In this document: positions 58,032 to 64,000 of the stretch, in pieces
Layout of the letters: the number at the start of each line of letters is the position of its first letter
Position numbering within the stretch: the first letter of the stretch is position 1
Source of the DNA: Cyanophyceae cyanobacterium
GTDB taxonomy: Bacteria > Cyanobacteriota > Cyanobacteriia > Cyanobacteriales > Laspinemataceae
NCBI GenBank assembly: GCA_038321985.1
Contig: JBBQFN010000019.1
Location: 42,042-106,041, forward strand
Direction: 5' to 3'
Length of the DNA stretch: 64,000 nt
Made by a program: the position numbers and the translations under genes
Notes under the pieces: model-generated
Database searches by the model: none
Seen by the model: the letters and a program-made list of their open reading frames with translations, nothing else
What the model was told of the DNA's origin: nothing

Positions 58032-58426
58032 CGTGATTAAAACAAAAAACAAAATTAAGATGAAGTTGAAATCGTTAGCACTGCCTCGCCGATCGCCGTG
58101 CTAACTAGAAATTGGGAATCGGCGCATTCTTAGAAAAACTGGGCCTTTGGGTGCACCCATCAAAATTGGCCTCAGAGCGATCGCATTCCAGAGGATTGAC
58201 CCATCGCCCTTTCACCTCATTTATTAGAACACCCCCTAATTTTCCTCCCTTGACTCAATTCTGACGAACAATCTTGCAGTTTAGCAAGTTTGAGAGCCTC
58301 AGCTAAAATTTGCCAGTCCTTGCCCAAAAATAACCCCTCGTAAAAAATAACGCCCGAACCCTTCCTTGAGGACCTTCCCCCTGCCTGAGAGATACCTCCA
58401 GCCGTCTTACCCGAGGGAGAATCAAA

Positions 58427-60667
58427 CTAAGTGTACGGCACAAAATTAGTGCGGCTAAGGCTATCGGCGGTTACCCCCATTAGGACCGCTAAGACTTCGC
58501 CAGTTCCCAGAACTCGGAGGACGGTATCGGCACCGGCTGCTTCAATAGAGACTCCCTCAACCGTTAAGGGAGCCGCTAATGCAATAAAATCCTCTGCCGG
58601 ACTAAAATCCGTAATCATATCCATGCCATCACCGGGTGCGTAAACAAAAGTATCTCGGCCGGGACCCCCTGCTAAGGTATCGGGACCAAAACCCCCGATG
58701 AGAAGGTCATCCCCACCCCCACCATTGATCCCATTGGCGGAAGTATTCCCCAAAATCCGATCATTAACGGGGCTTCCCAGCAGGTTTTCCAGGCTGGTTC
58801 CGTAAGCAACATAGGTCCCATAGCTACTGGCACTATAGGGAAACTGAGTTGGATCATTAATGGCAAGATAAGTCGAGGCATTTAGCGCACTCTCGTTGGT
58901 ACTGACCCCCCCTTCGTTCATATCAAAAAAGTAGCTACCAATCGCCGGTAAGGCAGAAAAATCAAAGGTATCAATTCCCCCGGCATCCCAAATCGTTTGC
59001 TTACTGCCAATAAAGTTGTTGCCATCAAACCTGTATAAATCATTACCGCTATTCGCGTTACTAAACCCATACAGGAACTGAAGCGCCCGGACATCATAGG
59101 GCATGGGCGTACTGGCTCCAACCCCAGCAATATTGAAGCTCATCGCTGTGTTGCTATTGTTATCCTGGACAAAGGATAAGGCGGGACCCTGGGGCGGGAA
59201 TGTGGGCCGTTCCGCCGAGGCAAACCCAGCATAGTTATTGGGCTGTCTCAACCCTAGAGCATGGCCGATTTCATGAACCAATCGTTGATAGCCAAAATTA
59301 CTTTGACTCTGGGAAAACGATAACTGAGGATCAATTTCATAATTCCGGCTTAAGACAATATCTCCTCCATTTTGCAGTCCCGGCGCATAGCTGTAGGCGT
59401 AGGTAGGATCGTTAGCAAATAAGATCCGAATCTGACCGTTGGTTGGGGGACGGTCTGGAACCTCTACTAAACTAAAAGGCAGGACTTGATCGTACTCCTG
59501 CATAATTTCGCGGACATTATTTTTAATCCCTTCGTTGACTTCCCCCACCCCACTTTCGGGACCCGAATAACTGAATGCGCTGGCGGTTTCGACAAAACTG
59601 TAGGTTAAAGCCCCGCCTGGGGGAACGTTCCACTTGACAAAATTTTCCTCAAGTAAGGTCACACTAGAAGGTGTAGGGGCTGCATCAGGAGTGGCAGGGG
59701 CTGGAGCAGGAGCTTGAGGAATGAGCAAGGCGTTAATGGCGATCGGGTCAAAATACTCGGATGATCGCCGTCCCTGTTCTAGCCCTTCTTGGAGATACTG
59801 CTCGACGAGTTGAGATGCGTTTAACCCTCTGGCCTGTAAATCTAAGTTATTGGCTAAATAGAAGGAGGGATTGAAGTTCAATGACGGGCGTCGCCCTTCC
59901 TGAATACCTTGAAGTTGATAATGGATAAGTAATTGTTCACGGTTTAATCCAGCCGCTTGTAAGTCTGGATTATTTTGTAAGTAAAAATTGGGGTCGAAAA
60001 TCAAAGAATAGGGTCGATTTTCCTTAATGCCAATCAAAGCAAAATGAGCGATCGCCTTTTGGCGATTATTGGGCCCAAACGCTTCGGCTAAATCTGGATT
60101 TTGATTTAGATATAAAATTGGGTCAAAAAACGGAGAAAAACTGACGTTTTCAAGCTGTTCGACCGGGACCCCAAGGCCCTCAACATCTAAATCAGTCTCG
60201 ACATCCAGTTGAGTCTCCAGAAATAGATTGAACAAGTTTTCATTGAGAGATGGCGGTTGGGGCCGATTTGGGTCTAGGAGAATAAAGGGAGAAATGGGTG
60301 GTTCAGAAACGGGAGTCAGTTGGGTAATAATCTCCGGATCAAGCTGTTCGAGATTTCTCCGATAAAAATCTAGATCAAAAACGGGAGAAAATCGCCGTCC
60401 TTGGTCAAGGCCCCCATTGATAAAGTGATCGAACAGTTCACGGTTATTTAATCCGGCCAGATCTGGATTCGCGAACCGATAAAAGTTTTGATCAAAGGGG
60501 ACAATGATGCGACGTCCCTCTGCTACCCCTCTTTCTGTAAAGTGGGTTCGCAATTGGTCGGGATTAAGTCCGATCAGGTCCGGATTGGCAAGCAGATAGA
60601 GTTCTGCATCGAAATAATCGGTTTCAGGGGGTGCAAGCGCCAGACCCGGTAAAACACCTTGAACCAT
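58427..60667 (-). CDS. Serralysin/M10-like metallopeptidase-domain protein with N-terminal NPDL repeats and C-terminal RTX repeats
   Basis: Repeated FD..FY...NPDL; HEIGHALGLRQP; Met-turn TAMSF; TIWDAGGIDTFDFS; GGGGDDLL / GGFGPDTL / GGPGRDTF nonapeptides. Confidence 0.85.
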   Translation of the reverse strand: MVQGVLPGLALAPPETDYFDAELYLLANPDLIGLNPDQLRTHFTERGVAEGRRIIVPFDQNFYRFANPDLAGLNNRELFDHFINGGLDQGRRFSPVFDLDFYRRNLEQLDPEIITQLTPVSEPPISPFILLDPNRPQPPSLNENLFNLFLETQLDVETDLDVEGLGVPVEQLENVSFSPFFDPILYLNQNPDLAEAFGPNNRQKAIAHFALIGIKENRPYSLIFDPNFYLQNNPDLQAAGLNREQLLIHYQLQGIQEGRRPSLNFNPSFYLANNLDLQARGLNASQLVEQYLQEGLEQGRRSSEYFDPIAINALLIPQAPAPAPATPDAAPTPSSVTLLEENFVKWNVPPGGALTYSFVETASAFSYSGPESGVGEVNEGIKNNVREIMQEYDQVLPFSLVEVPDRPPTNGQIRILFANDPTYAYSYAPGLQNGGDIVLSRNYEIDPQLSFSQSQSNFGYQRLVHEIGHALGLRQPNNYAGFASAERPTFPPQGPALSFVQDNNSNTAMSFNIAGVGASTPMPYDVRALQFLYGFSNANSGNDLYRFDGNNFIGSKQTIWDAGGIDTFDFSALPAIGSYFFDMNEGGVSTNESALNASTYLAINDPTQFPYSASSYGTYVAYGTSLENLLGSPVNDRILGNTSANGINGGGGDDLLIGGFGPDTLAGGPGRDTFVYAPGDGMDMITDFSPAEDFIALAAPLTVEGVSIEAAGADTVLRVLGTGEVLAVLMGVTADSLSRTNFVPYT

Positions 60668-60863
60668 GCTTTTTTCCTCTTGATGACAGTTTTATTAAAG
60701 TTGGCGGATGTACGACCTGCCCCCTCGGATATTGCTCATGCCAATCGGCTAGAGATTTCACCGGGGCGATCGCCTCTTTGGGAGGCAAAATAATCGCTCA
60801 GTCGCCACCACAGGGTTTCGTCTGGAGCTTATTGTACCCAGGGAGGTTTTCCCTACCCTCTGT

Positions 60864-61613
60864 TCACGCAGCTTTGAGGATTTCCTCAAATAGTTGTTGG
60901 ATCTGACTCCAGGCATCAACGGCTGCTTCGGGATTGTAGCTCGATCGCCGATCACATAAAAACCCGTGGGTTGCTCTGGGGTATCGAATCACCCGGTGAC
61001 GAATGCCTTGTTTGTGGAGTTCCGCTTCGATTTGGTTGACTTGTTCGTTGGGGATTAACGGGTCCTCTGTTCCAAACAAGAGGGCGATCGTCCCGGTAAT
61101 TTCTGGGGTAACACTTAAGCTGGGTTCCCCACCTCCCGGGGTCGAGTTGACAATCCCTGCCCCATAACAGGAGGCAGTCGCCTTAATTTCTGGAAGGGTG
61201 GCGGCAAGATAGGCCACATGACCCCCAAAGCAAAACCCAATACAGCCAAGGGCCGTTGTTTTGACCGAAGGGAGGGTTTTTAGGTAATCCAGAGTCGCTT
61301 GGGTATCGCTATTGAGTTCTAAAACGGTTGTTTGTTCTTTATAGTGCCGTCCCAAGGTCAGTTCTTCTTCTGTGTAGCCCACCTCAAAATCAGGTATCGT
61401 CCGTTCGTATAATGCTGGGGCGATCGCCACATATCCCATTTTTGCGATTTTCTCTGTCACCTCTCGGATATGTTCGTTTACTCCAAAGATTTCCTGAAAC
61501 ACAATAATTCCGGGAAAGGGACCTCCCCCAACGGGTTGCGCTAGATACGCAGAAATCAATAAATCTGCATTCGGCACTTTGACGTGAGCGCTTTTTATTT
61601 CTAAATCTGCCAT
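60864..61613 (-). CDS. Dienelactone hydrolase family protein
   Basis: QEIFGVN, IGFCFGG (Cys nucleophile), EDP, HGF. Confidence 0.92.
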   Translation of the reverse strand: MADLEIKSAHVKVPNADLLISAYLAQPVGGGPFPGIIVFQEIFGVNEHIREVTEKIAKMGYVAIAPALYERTIPDFEVGYTEEELTLGRHYKEQTTVLELNSDTQATLDYLKTLPSVKTTALGCIGFCFGGHVAYLAATLPEIKATASCYGAGIVNSTPGGGEPSLSVTPEITGTIALLFGTEDPLIPNEQVNQIEAELHKQGIRHRVIRYPRATHGFLCDRRSSYNPEAAVDAWSQIQQLFEEILKAA

Positions 61614-61936
61614 CTTCTTGGTGACGGGTTTGCTTTACAACCTAATTTTTCCATTCACTCCTATCTTGCACTGAAACAAGTCGGCTTCCATACCTGGGTC
61701 CCCCATTTTTTATTTCTACTTAATTGAGGAGCTAGGGTGCCAACTCTCTTCCTTATCCAAAGAGATCGCTTTGGACACCACTCACTCCCAAGCTGTCACA
61801 ACTCATGATTCTATCGCTCTTTTCTCCTAGATGGGTCAAGCATAACAGTTACTTACCTTTAAAAAAACCTGAATGAGATTCCTGCCTTAAAATGCTAAAC
61901 TTAAATAGAACTCACTCCCTTAGAACGAATATTTAT

Positions 61937-61966
61937 CTCCGGAATTTGAACACTCAAATTCCGGAG
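61937..61966. repeat. Perfect 13-bp inverted repeat in the divergent DLH/plmA intergenic region
   Basis: CTCCGGAATTTGA-ACAC-TCAAATTCCGGAG. Confidence 0.8.
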
Positions 61967-62262
61967 TGCTCTTCAGTTAATCTACCCAACCAAGAGGCAG
62001 CTTAAGGGTGGAACAACCGACCCTAGGCTGAAGTCAAATGCCCCTTAACAAACGCGAGTTCGCAAGCCCGGTCAGAATAAGTATCCCCATAGGGGGTGAC
62101 TGGTATGCTTGGCGATCCCCCACTCGACAAACAGGCTTCTTTCTAGATACAAAAGAGGAGAGAGAACGCTGGCCGTCGTTGAAACGGTACGACGTCTCGC
62201 AACCCAACGTCAACAGAAGAATATCTTTAACCGTTTAATCCGAGTGCCTTGGAGTCCCTAGA

Positions 62263-63246
62263 ATGCTTCAGTTTCATATCAAGACCGAAAGCGAAATCCC
62301 TGCATCCACTCAGTTGTTTAATCAAATCCGCTTCGCGATCGCCTCTCGACAAATTCCCCCCGGGGAAAAACTGCCGAGTACCCGCGCTTTAGCCATTCAA
62401 ACGGGTTTACACCGCAATACTATTTCTAAAGTTTACCGTCAACTTGAAGAACTCGGACTGGTAGATTCTCAAGCAGGTTCGGGCATTTACGTTCGCGATG
62501 AAAATCAAGAACGAGTTGTCCGAATGACCTCTCCCCTGTTTCAAAAATATCCTGATGCCTATAAAACAGTGAAACGTAGTTTAGATGAATTACTGCAACA
62601 AGGATGTTCTCTGAACCAGGCGCGGGAGCTATTTTTAACAGAAATTGACTGGCGATTACGCTGTAGTGCCAGAGTGTTAGTTACTGCTCCCACTCACGAT
62701 ATTGGTGCAGGGCAATTAATGGCCCATGAAATCGAACAAGAATTAAAAATTCCCGTGCAGTTGGTTCCCCTCGAAGACCTCTCAAAAGCACTAGAACAGA
62801 CTCCTACAGGAACCGTAGTTACGAGTCGCTATTTTTTCAATAAAGCCGAAGAAGTCGCGGGCCCGAAATCCGTTCGGGTAATTCCCATCGATACTTATGA
62901 CTATATGGAAGAAATAGAGTTAGTCAAAACTTTACCCCAAAATAGTTATTTTGGAATTGTTTGTTTGAGTTTAGGAATTATGCGGGTTGCAGAAGTGATT
63001 ATTCACAGTTTGCGCGGAGAAGATGTCCTAGTCATGACCAGTCAACCCGATGACGCCTATAAAGTGAATGCAGTGGTCCGGACTGCTCATACAATTATCT
63101 GTGATCAGCCGAGTTACAATAAGGTCAGAGGAGCAATCCATGCCGCGCGAGAGGAAATGATTCGCGCACCTCGGGTATTTAAAACCGAGAATTATATCGG
63201 AGTTGACTCCCTGAATATGCTCAAACGGGAATTGGGGTTCGAGTAA
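62263..63246 (+). CDS. plmA: GntR-family transcriptional regulator PlmA
   Basis: EIPASTQLFNQIRFAIASRQ.PPG.KLPSTR.LA.QTGLHRNTISKVY HTH and EIDWRLRCSARVLV; lies next to dienelactone hydrolase. Confidence 0.9.
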   Translation: MLQFHIKTESEIPASTQLFNQIRFAIASRQIPPGEKLPSTRALAIQTGLHRNTISKVYRQLEELGLVDSQAGSGIYVRDENQERVVRMTSPLFQKYPDAYKTVKRSLDELLQQGCSLNQARELFLTEIDWRLRCSARVLVTAPTHDIGAGQLMAHEIEQELKIPVQLVPLEDLSKALEQTPTGTVVTSRYFFNKAEEVAGPKSVRVIPIDTYDYMEEIELVKTLPQNSYFGIVCLSLGIMRVAEVIIHSLRGEDVLVMTSQPDDAYKVNAVVRTAHTIICDQPSYNKVRGAIHAAREEMIRAPRVFKTENYIGVDSLNMLKRELGFE

Positions 63247-63254
63247 GGCTAGAT

Positions 63255-63743
63255 TTAGCGATCGCCCTCTTCTGAGATGTCCGGCGATCGCATCGCTTCC
63301 CGTCCCAACATCATCAATCCTGCTACCCCCAACCCCACAAATCCCACATATTCAGACCAATATCGGAGCATCTGCTGCTTCACTGTCAGTCCTGGATGCA
63401 TTGCCGTGATATAAAGCAACAGCGACATCAGTAATAACGCCGAAACCCCGGTAAACAATAACCCCATCTGAATTCGCGCCGGTTTCAGTTCCTCGTCCCC
63501 CACCTCCTGTAGTTCCTGCTTAATTTGCTCGATTAGGGATATCTGTACCTCAGCAGCATCCGCCTGGGAAGGGGGTACACAGACATCCGCAAGGGCGATC
63601 GGCAAATTAGCATCGTCGGGGACTTCTAAATCCAGGGAACCCTCCCTCACCGGCATTAATTCTAGCGGTGGTAACGCTTCAGGTTCTTTAAAGTCCAGAG
63701 TTTCAGGGGGCGTTTGAGGAATCTGTTCTGGTTGCCAATCCAT
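63255..63743 (-). CDS. Hypothetical membrane protein
   Basis: Acidic N-terminus and two C-terminal TM segments ending GVAGLMMLGREAMR; ATG 63743. Confidence 0.65.
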   Translation of the reverse strand: MDWQPEQIPQTPPETLDFKEPEALPPLELMPVREGSLDLEVPDDANLPIALADVCVPPSQADAAEVQISLIEQIKQELQEVGDEELKPARIQMGLLFTGVSALLLMSLLLYITAMHPGLTVKQQMLRYWSEYVGFVGLGVAGLMMLGREAMRSPDISEEGDR

Positions 63744-63863
63744 ATCGTCTCTACTTGATAAACCTATCCCTACCGTAACGCACCAGAATACAACAGGGCC
63801 GGATTCCAATCATTTGTTTGACAAATTAACTTAAATGTGATAAAGCAGAATACCTTACTCAGC

Positions 63864-63991
63864 GGTCTATAAAAACGAGTCCTGCCAAGGTGTATTTGTA
63901 GGGGCGCAATGCGCAGGCCCGCAAGAGGGCCTGCGCATTGCGCCCCTACAAGAAACAACGATTTTCTCAAAGGGGTGGGTTTTTATAGACC
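63864..63991. mobile_element. MITE-like element with an internal GTAG-REP palindrome
   Basis: 13-bp TIR GGTCTATAAAAAC / GTTTTTATAGACC. Internal perfect 23-bp arms GTAGGGGCGCAATGCGCAGGCCC-GCAAGA-GGGCCTGCGCATTGCGCCCCTAC (63898-63949). Confidence 0.75.
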
Positions 63992-64000
63992 TTTGAACAG

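Larger units (their letters stand above)
1..64000. repeat. HIP1 octamer (GCGATCGC), dispersed
   Basis: Dozens of copies, about 9 within 579-2984 alone, often read as Ala-Ile-Ala in coding frames. Confidence 0.95.

Noticed and set aside
62038..62238. 66-aa ORF upstream of plmA
   Set aside because: It overlaps the likely plmA promoter and leader and has no recognisable features.
1..64000. CRISPR array, tRNA, rRNA, transposase, integrase or reverse transcriptase/DGR
   Set aside because: No regularly spaced repeat-spacer units, cloverleaf/T-loop signatures or such protein motifs were seen. The WD40 nucleotide repeats are in-frame blades with no RT nearby.

Overview
This 64 kb window is cyanobacterial chromosome: the HIP1 octamer GCGATCGC is dense and psb29, cpcT, ndhS and plmA are present. 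The repeat style suggests a filamentous Oscillatoriales strain, but that is inference. Layout: (1) 0-9 kb holds two WD40 proteins and a Ser/Thr kinase-TPR protein around an AT-richer methyltransferase + PD-(D/E)xK nuclease pair (putative restriction-modification locus with an unusual DPPH motif). (2) 9-17 kb is core genes: tsaB, psb29, cpcT, STAS, hemF, mrp, rodA, ndhS, HAS-barrel. (3) 17-23 kb holds a small accessory islet, a stand-alone heme-PAS-like gene coupled to a soluble adenylate cyclase, a YheT-like hydrolase with an HLR1 (RpaB) box and a YbjN protein. (4) 23-56 kb is a Wzx/Wzy-type exopolysaccharide locus: 8 glycosyltransferases, an epimerase, two MBOAT+SGNH acylation modules (one MBOAT split by a +1 shift that detaches its FIYFQF tail), a pyruvyltransferase, a nitroreductase, a sulfotransferase, Wza, a Wzc with no Tyr tail, a clan GH-A hydrolase and a PEP-CTERM protein. 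(5) 57-64 kb holds rps1b, an RTX/M10-like protein with a His-to-Gln zinc-ligand change, dienelactone hydrolase and plmA. Several MITE/REP-like elements sit in intergenic spaces and one appears to truncate the first ORF. No tRNA, rRNA, CRISPR array or transposase was seen. All calls come from motif recognition by eye; no searches were run.
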